This document shows, in pieces, positions 1 through 11,458 of a DNA stretch of 64,000 nt (the stretch's first letter is position 1; each line of letters begins with the position of its first letter). Source of the stretch: Cycas panzhihuaensis (taxonomy: Eukaryota; Plantae; Cycadophyta); the NCBI GenBank assembly GCA_023213395.1, contig CM041465.1, positions 136,097,741-136,161,740 on the forward strand, written 5' to 3'. Both the position numbers and the translations under genes were made by a program. The notes under the pieces were generated by a model that saw only the letters and a program-made list of their open reading frames with translations, did not search any database and was not told where the DNA came from.

Positions 1-2200
1 ATTTGTTTATAGTAAAGTTACATAGGTAACCTTCTAGGCACTTATTTACTATCTCTATTTAATTATCTATTTAATGATGGTATGCCATGCCTATTATAAG
101 TATGGTACCTACTTAACAAAATAATTCTCTTTAGAAATTACATGTAAATTTTGGGTCATAATCACTTACAACCACCCTTGAAATTTCATGTAAGCTAAAA
201 ATTACCCTCATAAAGATATTAACAATTTGGCGTGCCTTGAAAGTTAGCTAGATTCCTATGGCATGGGCATATTTGGTTAATCTATCAATGGCTAATAGAA
301 TGTTATCCTTGCCATTAGATTAGGAAGATTGGTTATAAAATATGTAGATATTTCTTCTCATTTTTTGCCTAGGATAGGTAAGGGTTATAATAACCTCAAA
401 GAATCTATATTTTCACCTTTTTGTATTTAGAAATTATTGCATTAGGCTACATATTATTGAATTTCCTTTTTCATTTCCTTCTAATGAAAATATCGGTGAA
501 TCCTTAAATAAGTTTTAAAGAATCTAGTGCCTTACTATAGAAATGGGATGCTCTTCTCTTAGAGGAGTCCCTTTAAATTTTGAGGAAGGGCTTAAATAAA
601 TGCAACCCTTATACCATAATATCTCACTGTTCTATATGAACTTTCCCTATAAAGATAATAGGTCCTATTTCAATTTATTTATAAGTTTTATAACCTCATC
701 ATATTTTACATATTCTACTTGTATATCTTTAATCCACTAGGGAACTATTATTATAGTAGCACATAAAATTAACTCTTCATCTTTTATAGATATAGTATCT
801 ACTACTATTTTTTCCTTTTCCCTTTTGTAAAGTATTTTAAAATTAAATACTTGAATCTTATTAACCTACTTTTATTATTTAAGTGTTAATAACTTTTGAA
901 TCAGGAAATGCTTAAGGCTATCAAGATCTATTTCAACTAAAAATATACTTCCTAAAAGATATTGTCCTAATTTGATAAATACATGTATTATGACTAGTAT
1001 CTCTTTATTATAAGCATATTTTAACTACTCATGTGCATTTAACTTATGACTTTCAAAGGCAATAGGATGTCCTTATCACATAAGTATAACTCCAAGACCA
1101 ATTATGGATGCACCACATTCTAAGATAAAGGGTTTAAAGAAATCAAATATTTTGAGGGTTGAAGCAATCATAATATGTTATTTCAGTTATTCAAAATATT
1201 CTTAGGCCTTTCCATCATATTTGAAGGAGTCTATTTTTAGCAAATCAATTAGTAGGGTTGTAAGATGAGCATAACCCTTAATGAACCTATAATTATATCC
1301 CATAAGACTAAGGAATCCTTTTAATTTTAAGATAAGTATAGGTATAAGCCACTATAATATGCCCTTGATTTTTTTGGGGTCTATCTTTACTCCTTCAAAT
1401 AATATAATAGCAAATTTATTCTACCTCCTCTTTACCAAAATTGTATTTGGACCTTATGACATCAAATTCATTATCAATCAAGATTTATAATACTTGATCA
1501 ATATGCTCTAAATGTTCTTTCTAATCTTTGGTGTATATTAAGATGTTATCAAAGAAGACTAGGATAAATTTTCTTTTCAATGATTAAAATATCATATTCA
1601 TGATAACCCAAAAGATAATGGGGGTGTTTATAAGACCAAATGGTATAACATTAAAGTCATAGTATCCTATATGATTTTGAAAGGCTATTTTTGGAATATC
1701 TTCTATTCAAACATAAATTTAATAATATCCTAAACACAAGTCTAATTTACTTAAATATTTTGCACTACATAGTTTATTTAAAATCTCATTAATTATAAGG
1801 ATTAGGAAGCTATTTTTAATAATCACCTTATTAAGCATTCAAAAATCCATATTATACAAAATGAACCATCATTTTTGGTATTAGTACTACTAGAGTAGTA
1901 TAGGGACTTTTACTAGGTGATATTGCTCCTATTTCTAATAAGTTATGAATGATTCTTTTTATTTTATTCTTGTCATAATAGGGATGCTGAAATAACTTAA
2001 CATTATTTGGTTTAGTCCCTTTTTGTAGGTTATTCATGTATTCTATGTCATGATCTAGAGATGAGCTTATGAGTAACTCCCTAAATACCCCCATCTGTTT
2101 CTCTAAAACATCATACATATTGGATGAGGGGGATTTAGTGTTAGTTAAAGCCTTGATAGAGTAATATCTAGAAATAAATTTGGGGATTTCCCTTTTCTCC
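1..2200 (-). mobile_element. Decayed Ty3/gypsy (chromovirus/Reina-like) pol: RT, RNase H, integrase; runs off the left window edge
   Basis: ORF 1852-2262(-) gives the RT N-terminus (DHDI...HPYYDKNKIKRII...GAISPSKSPYTTLVVLIPK). An integrase-core remnant (VVSDYDPKFTCNF) lies near 140-180 on minus. Many stops. Confidence 0.85.
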
Positions 2201-2347
2201 ATCTTGTAGGATGATACTTTTTTTATAAGGTTTAAATAAATGGGGGTTAAAAGGGGACCCAAACCCTATACAGCCATCTACTAATAAGGCACCACAAATT
2301 GGCCGTGACAAGCCCATGGCCTAGCTAAACAAAAAAACCAAGCTAAA

Positions 2348-5300
2348 CTACATTGCATCATAACCTTCTATATCCTTTCTGGCCAGACCCACAATCTCTT
2401 CGAGAATGTCTACCTTCTAAACCTCCAAAGCTCTAGAGTGGACACCCTAGTTAGCCAACCTATCTACAACCTTATTTCCTTCCCTATAAGTATGGCTTAC
2501 CTTAGCGTTATCCCTAATTTGAAGCATCATCTTCACATCATTGATCATAGCACAGTGCTTCCACTCTGGCTTTATTTCATCCCTGATCAACCTAACCATG
2601 TTCATAGAATCTCCTTCCACTATGACTCTTAAGTAGCCCTCTCTAAAGACAAGATCCACTGCTCTACGCATCACTTCAAACTCTACCTTGTGGTTAGTCT
2701 GGATACCATAATATTCTGCAAAAGCCTATATGATCTTGCCCTCTTTATCTCTGTAAACACCTTCACCCCTAACCTCGCCAGGATTACCTTTTGATGCTCC
2801 ATTGAAATTTACCTTTACCCAATCTTGCGGTGGGGGGCTCCATAGCCCTTGCCTCTCTTACCTTGATTTTATTTTAAAATTCTCAAATCCCCAATTTGTG
2901 AGGATCTTCTGTTCATCAAGATGAATAGAAGCAATCTCCTCCTCCTTGAGGTTCTCCTTCAGGGCCATCGAGATGATCCCAAAAAGTCTCTATTTGTTTA
3001 TTCTCTTCTCTTAAAAGATGTGCTTGTTCCTCTCTTTCCATATGTTCTAGACCAGCATGGGTAAGGAAGGAGTCCACAAAGAGTTCAGGGTTCTACTTCT
3101 AAAGGGGCACACCCAAGCCTCAGCCAGATTATTTATCGAATCAGCAAGGATCTAGTAAACCCCAAAGGCATTCCATAGCTTTGCCCACACCTCCCTAGTA
3201 TAGGGCCAATGCAAGATGAGATGATCTAGGGACTCCTCCTCCTGATGATAAAGGATGCATCTATTCACCGTAGAGTAGCCTCTTTTCCTTAAGTTGTCCA
3301 TGGTCAGAATCTTATTTTTTAAACTCGTCCACTAAAAAATAGCAATCTTTGGGATCAATCCCATATTCCAAACTCTACCTAAAAGCTTATTCTCAGTGAG
3401 CCCTCTTTCTACTATTAAAGACAAATATTCATACTTGATTGTATAGATCCAAGACTTGGAGCCCGCCTCAACTAATACATCATCCTTAGGAAATCTTGGA
3501 ATATATGTCTTGTTAAGCTCGTTCCTAAGAGCTAAAATCTAATGCTCATGCTCTAGGCCATGGGAAATTTCTCCAAAATTTTTCCATTCTTTCCCATCTT
3601 CCCGGGCATCCAAATAATCAGCGACTTTATTCCCATAGATACTCATGCAATCTTCCTATAGGGGGGAAAAATAGGATTTACAAATAATTGGGCATTTCCA
3701 CACCATATATCCTCCTAGAACTCAATAGATTTTCTATCCCCCAAACATCATTAGGCTCCCAAGACCAACATCTCCCTTATGGACAAAAGGCTCCTCCAAA
3801 TAGCAGATCCTTTACCAGAGAGGGTGAAATTCAGAAACTGGTTGTCCTCAAGGTATTTCCTAGCCACTATCTTACACCAAAGCCTCTCCTCCTTGGTAGC
3901 AAGGCTCCAACCTAATTTGGTAATCATAGCCTTGTTAAAATAGGTTATGTCCTTGACATTTAAGTCTCTTGCCCATTTAAGACAACAAACTTTTTCCCAA
4001 TGCACCAGATGGAATTTTTGCCTGTCCTCAAACCCAGACCACAAAAACCTTTTCTAAATAGACTATAAGGCCCTAATAACCTTCACAGGGCACCTAAAAA
4101 GAGACATCAAATATGTTGGCATACTCTAAAGAGATGCCAATAGTAATTGGAGTTTATCTGCCTGACTTAGAAGGGCCTCTTTCCATCCAGCTAGCTTCCT
4201 TTGAACCTAACTAATTATTGGGTTCCACAAGTCCTTCTGCATTCTACCCATAAAAAGGGACATACCTAAATACCAAGTAGGGAGAGCCCTAATGGGCATC
4301 TCCAAAATCATGCTTATAACCCTTTACGTCATGTCCAAGGTATTCAAGAAAAAAATGCTGCTCTTCTCTAGGTTTACCTTTTAGTTAGTGGATATCTCCA
4401 ATCTTTCCAATTGAACTTTGATAGCTTTAGCTTCCTTTATGGAGACCCTACTCAAAAGAATGTTATCATCTACAAAGTGACTGTGGACAACATTATCGAC
4501 CCCTGAAGTGGGGATTAGCCCAATTATCTTCCTAGATCTCCTTACTTCCTCCATGGACTTGCCAATGAATTCAGCCATAATTATATATAGATAAGGAGCT
4601 AGAGGACCCCCTTATCGGAGCCCTCTATATCATGGGAAGAAAGCTATAGAGGAGCCATTTACAATGACTGAGAAGCTAGGCTTGGATATGCAGCTCTCCA
4701 TCCATTTCCTCCAGCGATCCCTAAACCCAAAAGCCTTAATACAGTCAAGGAGATAGTCCCACGAGACCCTATTGTAAGCCTTGGAAAGGTCGATCTTTAC
4801 AATTATCCATGGGTCTTTCCTTTACAAAGTCGAGTGGTTTGTCTCATGAACCACTACGATACCATCCAAAATCTATCTGCCCTTAACATAACCATCTTGG
4901 TTAGGTCCTATAATTATTGGGAGAAACTCCTTCAACCTGTTGGCCAAGATCTTAGCCAAAATTGTGTACTTCACATTACAGAGACTAATGGGCCTAAAGT
5001 CTTCCGTTCTTTTTGCATCCCCTTTCTTAGGAATTAAAACCATAAATATTACTTGCCATTCACTGTGAATCCTATTATTTTCAAAAAATTCATTTACAAC
5101 CTCAAGAAAGTCCTCTTTAATAATATCCTAATATTCCTAGTAAAACCAATGAGGGAAACCATCAGGACCTGGGGCTTTATCTCTCTTCATTCCAACACCG
5201 CTTTCTTTACCTCATCCAATGTGAAGGGGGCTTCAAGTACTCTATTCATAGTGCATCCCACCTTCTTAGGTATCAAGGCTATCACCTCCTTTCTAACCTC

Positions 5301-6546
5301 CTTGTCCATACATCCTGACTCTTTGAAGAGATCCATAAAATACTCCACATCAATGCCTTTTAATTTATCATACCTAATCTCCTCCCCATCCTTATTCAAT
5401 AGGCTTGTAATATGGTTGCTCACTCTATGTTTAACTGTAGTCATATGGAAGAATTTTGTATTCCAATCTCCCTCTGCCAACCACAACGCCCTAGACTTTT
5501 GTCTCCAAAATATTTCTTCCTTTATCAAGACTCCTTCCAGATCAGAGAGGAGTCTTCTTTCTTTCTAGTCAAGGGATATGGTCCTTCCTTGGCCCTAGAT
5601 TTTCTCCTCAAGGCCCTTCAACTCTTCCAGTATCATATCTTTTTTAACAAAGATATCCCCATGTGAGGTCTTATTCCAATCCTTTATCTGCTATTTTACC
5701 TGGTTTAATTTGATTGAAAATCTCCTCATGGAACAACCTTATGCAAGTTTAGTCCAATATTCTACCAACAGGTTTCGTAACCCAGGGTCCTTTATCCACA
5801 TTAGCTCAAATCAGAAGGGAGAGCCCTTATGCCCCTTAGGCTCATCCCAACCTAAAGCCAGCATAGAGTGATCCGAGATTGTCTTTAGTATAGCTTCCAA
5901 ACTAATGTTGCTTAGTTGGCTAAACTAGGCAAAGTTGGCAACCACTCTATCCAATCTTACCTGAATGTGACCAGCATCGAGTCTTTATTTGACCAAGTGA
6001 ATTTGGGGCTTCTCAGGGCACATTCATTAGACCTCCCTTCTACAGGAAGGCCCCCAAGTCCTTCATATTTTTCATCCATTCTATCTTATCCCCTTTCTTT
6101 TCCTCAGGGGATAAAGTCGTGTTAAAGTCCCCTACAATCATCTAAGGGCCTAACCACTCCTTATGGATCTCCAACAACCTATCCCATAATTGCTTCCTCC
6201 CCTCCTATATTAGGGGGGCATATACATTGGTGACTAGCCACGTGCTATTAGGTTTCTTATTAGTCAACCAACAGGAAATAAAGTTCTCCTCAATAAAGGA
6301 AGCCTCACCCTCTCATACTCAAGGGTCCTAAAGGGTGGCTAAACCTCCAGACCCCTTATTCCTGTCTAAAGTAAAGAACTTGGATCTTTTCCATACTTTA
6401 TTTTTAATATTTGCCCTATTCTCAGCTAATAATTTGGTTTCTTGAAGCAGGAGGATGTCCAACTTCAAATGGCTTCATATCTCTCTAATTATTCTATATT
6501 TTGGTGGGGCATTTATGCCCTAGATATTCTAGGAGGTGAGTTTCAT
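2348..6546 (-). pseudogene. LINE-A ORF2 (APE endonuclease, RT, zf-RVT, RNase H)
   Basis: Starts MKLTS*NI. Fragments WRQKSRALWLAEGDWNTKFFH, HFVDDNIL, HLVHWEKVC, VIVEGDS...HTYREGNKVVDRLAN. Confidence 0.9.
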
Positions 6547-6575
6547 GATGATTATCCCCTTGGTGGCTCTTTTTC

Positions 6576-7952
6576 TCACTTCTTACTTCTAGTTTTGGGC
6601 CCCTACCCTGGTCCTCCATCTCTTAGTATTCGTTGTGTCCCTTGGTCTATCTGGAGCACTACCTCCCTCTCCCACAGCACCTTCATTGATAGCCTCCCTA
6701 ACCCTTTCTCGCTACCAAAATCTAGCCCTTTGGGAATATCAACTTCCTTAGAAGCTCCTTGGCTCCCCATATCTCTGACCTTCTATACCTTCTCAAATTT
6801 CCTATACTCCTCTAAACTTTCTGGGATATGGCCTGCTTCCACTTGTGGGGAGCACTTCTCAAGACTCTCAAGGATTGGGCCTTCTTCCTCTTGAGGGATT
6901 TCCTTATCCAAACCCAACTATGAATCTGCGAGTTGAGGTTGAGGAGCCTTTGGTTTAGCCCTCAACGCGACCTCCCCTTCTTCAAAGAGGGTATCTTCCT
7001 CTTCCAAGTTTAAATCTTGCCCTAACACCTGTTGATAGGCCCTATGACCATCCCCAAGATCTCAGTGCTCAGGCTCCTCCACCTTCTAGGGGGTCTCCTT
7101 CCTAATTGCCTCTTTGGGATCTCCTCTAGGTTCACCTTGTTTCTCCTCTCCAAATAAGATTTCATTCCCAACCTAGTGAGCCGAGGAGACTGGCTTAGGT
7201 TCTCCTTGACAGTTGTAAGGGAGATGTCTAAGCCTTTTACATTTTTGACATCTCACATTTTTAAGTTCATACACCAACTTTTATTCTTTGTTCCATCCTA
7301 AACCTTCTATAATCACCCAATCAGGAAGTGGTTTGTCAGTTCTAGCCAATGCACAGAACCTAGCGTTAACCAATTTACTCTTGTTCTTCATGGTTGAATC
7401 CATCGCTAGGAGGCTGCCAATCATTTTTGCTACTCCTTTAATGACATCGAGATCCCATGCGATAAGCAAAAGGCCTAGTAATTGAACCCATAATGGGATT
7501 TTCTTACTTGAGCCTTCAAATGGATCAAATTCTGGGTGCCATTTCTCCATTAACACTGTCTTTCTACCCATCATCCAAGGCTATTTTAATAAGGTGCTAA
7601 TCATGTCCTCATGATAGGCAAACTTAAATAAAACACACCCTCTCGGGAGTGCGATAACCTTAACTGAGCCCTTTAGTTTCCACTGTTGGCTTACCCATTT
7701 CCTGATTGGGTCCATGCCTAACCTTGGGCCTGAAAAGCACCCCACTAGGCTATTTCCCCAAAATTTTTCTAACCTATCAAATAATCGTTTAAGAACTAGG
7801 ATTTTTATCTTTTCATCTTCTAAAATAGGGTTTATGTCAAAAGTTTCTACGTCCACATTATTCAAAACATCAAGGTATGACTTCTTCCCTAAGGGAGAGT
7901 GGGTATAGTTAAAAGAAATTTGTTGGTCTAATTGATTAATATTAAAATCCAT
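6576..7952 (-). pseudogene. LINE-A ORF1 (DUF4283/RRM-like, zinc knuckle)
   Basis: KKSYLDVL...NSLVGCFSG...GCVLFKF; WHPEFDP...PLWVQLLGL; CQKC..LRHLPYNC knuckle near 7210-7255. Confidence 0.88.
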
Positions 7953-8304
7953 AGTTATATCCTATACAAAAATACAAGCTCAAATAAAACATTTGCTCTG
8001 ACCGGTTCCAGTTCCTGTTTGTCTCCTGACTGATTTGCCTCACTGAAACTGAATCTTTTAGGCCATGACCTTATCCCCCAACTCCTTCACATATGTCTTG
8101 AAGACCTTCTGGCACAAATAGTATGACCGGACTCACATAAGGCCAAAAGCAAGGTCCCTAGGTATCTATGAGTAAACCAACGAGCCGCCCCCCTTCTCTG
8201 CCCTAGAGGAATCTGTCCCTTCTTACTAGGATCTCTCAATCTGGGAGAACATGGTAGCCACCACTGGGCACTATATGCCTCCACTGGATCTTATGGGATA
8301 ATAC

Positions 8305-9914
8305 TAGTTAAGATTTTAGGGGTAAAATTCCTTGGAGAGTATATCTTTGTCCCTTTTATATAAAGCTAATGAATAACTTATCCAAATTCATTGAAAATAT
8401 CCACAATGTTTATAATCATTTAAATCCTAATGCTACATTTATGCCCTAAATTAAAATGCCATACATCTATGATTTAGAGATGTAATCATCCATCTTTACT
8501 TTGACTTCCTAACATCTACCACCATGAGTTATCATAACCTTGAATTAATTTTATACGTACATATATTCCTTAATATTTTTTGTGCAATGTCTATTAGTAA
8601 AGTTATGAGTGCTTCTACTATGAATAAGTGTTATTATTCCTTGCTTCTTTGTATATCCTTTTGCTTTTAGTATTTATAAAGTGGTTATCCTTGTTATTGT
8701 TACTAATAATATATTAGCAAATATGTGGGTAAATTATCATTTATTTCAACTTATGTTAAGCCTTCTTCATCTCTTTCATTAAAAAGTTCTTCCTAGTCTT
8801 GTTCTAACTGCTCATCTTGTTCTCCTAATAAGGCAAATAATAGTTTCATTTATGTACAAATGTGTACTAATTTCTACTTTTGGGAATTGAAGTAATAGGG
8901 TCCTTTTGTTTTGAGTTTTTCCATCCTTCCATTTACTTTTAGGGGTTTTGCCTTTGTCATGCCTATTGTCTATTTTGTTCTAGGGATTGTGGTCCTAATT
9001 GGACTTAGATTTCATAGGATTAATAGTGCATAATTATCTATCAAAGATGCCATATTCATAATTTTATTATGAGGGTTCAAGCAAATGATACTATGGTCTA
9101 TAATCTCACCTTATTCCAAAAGTTGCACCTTTTGAATAGCCTCTAAAATATTGTTAGGGTTATATAGTTTGAAATTTATTTATAGGCTTTTCTTCAATCC
9201 CTACCTGTATATTTCAAGTATTCAGTTTACCTAAAATGTCAATCACCAAAGTAACTAGAGATTAAAATCAACTAGTATACTCTTTTATGGACCCTTATTA
9301 TTAAGTACATGCCAACTAATTAAAATAATCATTATCCCAAAGTTGTTCATATTACTTTCAAAATTTCTACGTAAAATATTGCCAACTTATAGTGATGTTC
9401 TTATTTTTATTTTTCTACCATAAATACCATGTGTACACAATACCTTCTAGATGTAATAATGTAAACATAATATGGTCTACATCATTATAGGGATTAATCT
9501 TAAAATAAACTTCTAGATTATTAATCGATAAACATGGTTCTATTTTAGTACCCTTACTAAATTTTGGGATATATATTTTATCCTAAAATTTATTTAGTAT
9601 ATTAGAGACAAGGGGAGGGCTAATTAAGTTAATAATAGAAATCTTCTAAGATCCTTATGTAGTAATTAAGAAATTAATTTTTACATCAATTACTTCTATT
9701 CATAACTCTATTTATTCACCTTCTTGTCTATTTCTACCATGTCTCTATTTACTTCATCATTAGTTGGAATTAACAGTATTTGTTTACCTTAGCACTAGCT
9801 TTAATGCTCCTTTAATCCCTTAATGAGAATATATTATACGTCTAAGCTTAAATAAGAATATTCTTTTTTAAATAATAAATATTCTGAATTAAATTTGCTT
9901 TAACTACATTTAGA

Positions 9915-9992
<78 letters not shown>

Positions 9993-10633
9993 GTTGTATG
10001 TATATATATAATCACTTCTATTGACTATGAGTTATGTTGCCCTTCTATTTGACTATTGTATCAAGATGTTAAAAGCAGCCTAACAACATAAGGGAACTTG
10101 ACATGAGAATGACGGGCTACTAAGTATTGCTAGTAAATAAGGTTCATAAGTATATAGTGATAGATGGGATACCTAACACAAGAATGGTAGGTCACCCAAG
10201 GATAAGCACTATGCAAGAAGGGCATAAAGTGAGATGAAACAAAAGAGGATGGTGAGGATGGTAAGATGATGTCAAATATTTAAAATTTATTGTTATAAGT
10301 ATCTTAATATATTTTTATTTGGTTTATTAATGGCACTATAATTTAACATATATGTAAGACCTATGACTATAGAATGTAATGCAATAGGAGAGGGAATAAG
10401 ATATAAGACAAATAAGATGGAAAAGAGAGAGGAGGATAGCCAACACAAAATAAATAAAAATAATAATCAAATGTCTATAGAAAGTAGAGATAAACTAAGA
10501 AGAATAATGTTTAGAGGGGATGAAGATAGAGATGTAAATAGATTTGAGAATGAATCAGGTTGATAGATGGGCTTGTGGAACCAAAATGAAGCTTAAGGTG
10601 GAACATAAGCAAGAGGAGATGACTTTGATACCA
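8305..10633 (-). mobile_element. 5' half of the same gypsy element (leader, gag, protease)
   Basis: The reading frame rejoins across the LINE TSD (KGQRYTLQGILPLKS..VSSYKMEKREIPK). Protease-like LIHSRSTHNFT near 8600-8630. PBS-Met remnant ctttgatacca at 10623-10633. Confidence 0.75.
9920..10010. repeat. (TA)n(TG)n compound microsatellite
   Basis: Read directly from the sequence. Confidence 0.95.
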
Positions 10634-11220
10634 ATTATTATAAACCTAATTAGGTCACAATAAACATTTTATTATTTTGGGGGGATTTGGGCCTATTCAA
10701 GAAGGATACTCTCTAGTTATATACTGAAGTGTTTATGTCTAAAGATAAACTATTAAATATATTGATAATTGATGAAGGATTTAGAATGGTTTGTGTGTTT
10801 ATATGTATTATAATAATTTTTTATTGATGCATACAACATTGGGGTTTGCACCCTTTACTAATCCTAAATTGTATTCAATTAGTGTTATTATATTTCTCCT
10901 ATTTATTAGGAGAACATCACATATTACAAATTAGGAAGAGATCAATTCTCTTCAAGTAGTATTAGAGCTTCATTCTAGCATAATGAGATCACTTTTCCAA
11001 GTGTATTTTATTTATACATTTATTATATTTTTAGTTATTATTTTCTTTACTAAGTTATATAATTCTCTAATGCATAGAGATTGAACCTTATCTTAAAATG
11101 TTATGCACTAGTGCTATATCTAAAACCATCACTATAAGTTCTAATTTGTGAGTTATATCATTTTTTACACTAGAGGTCCTTTTAAAATGGGGGTAGTGAA
11201 GTACTAGTCATAAATTAGAG

Positions 11221-11409
11221 TGAAAGAACATGGGTAACTAAAACAGTCTTTAATACCACTTATAAGAAACTAAATGTCCATACACAGGCTTAAGATCTAA
11301 TAAAACTAAAATAAAGACATAGAGGCAAATATAAATAAAAGAATATGTATAAACATATAACATAATTTACTTGTGGGAAATTATCACTTTCAATTATATT
11401 ATGCCAAAC

Positions 11410-11458
<49 letters not shown>

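Larger units (their letters stand above)
2218..8287 (-). mobile_element. Full-length L1-clade LINE with C-terminal RNase H (LINE-A), decayed
   Basis: Short A-tail (T7 at 2218-2224). TSD atcttgtaggatgatac (2201-2217) vs atcttatgggataatac (8288-8304), 14/17 identical. ORF1 and ORF2 fragments are collinear. Confidence 0.95.

Noticed and set aside
5053-6894. Plus-strand ORFs of 150-171 aa, and similar antisense ORFs over the other LINEs
   Set aside because: Shadow frames of LINE ORFs with no conserved boundaries between copies.
10363-10563. 66-aa charged ORF
   Set aside because: Low-complexity purine-rich sequence antisense to a gypsy leader; no recognisable domain.
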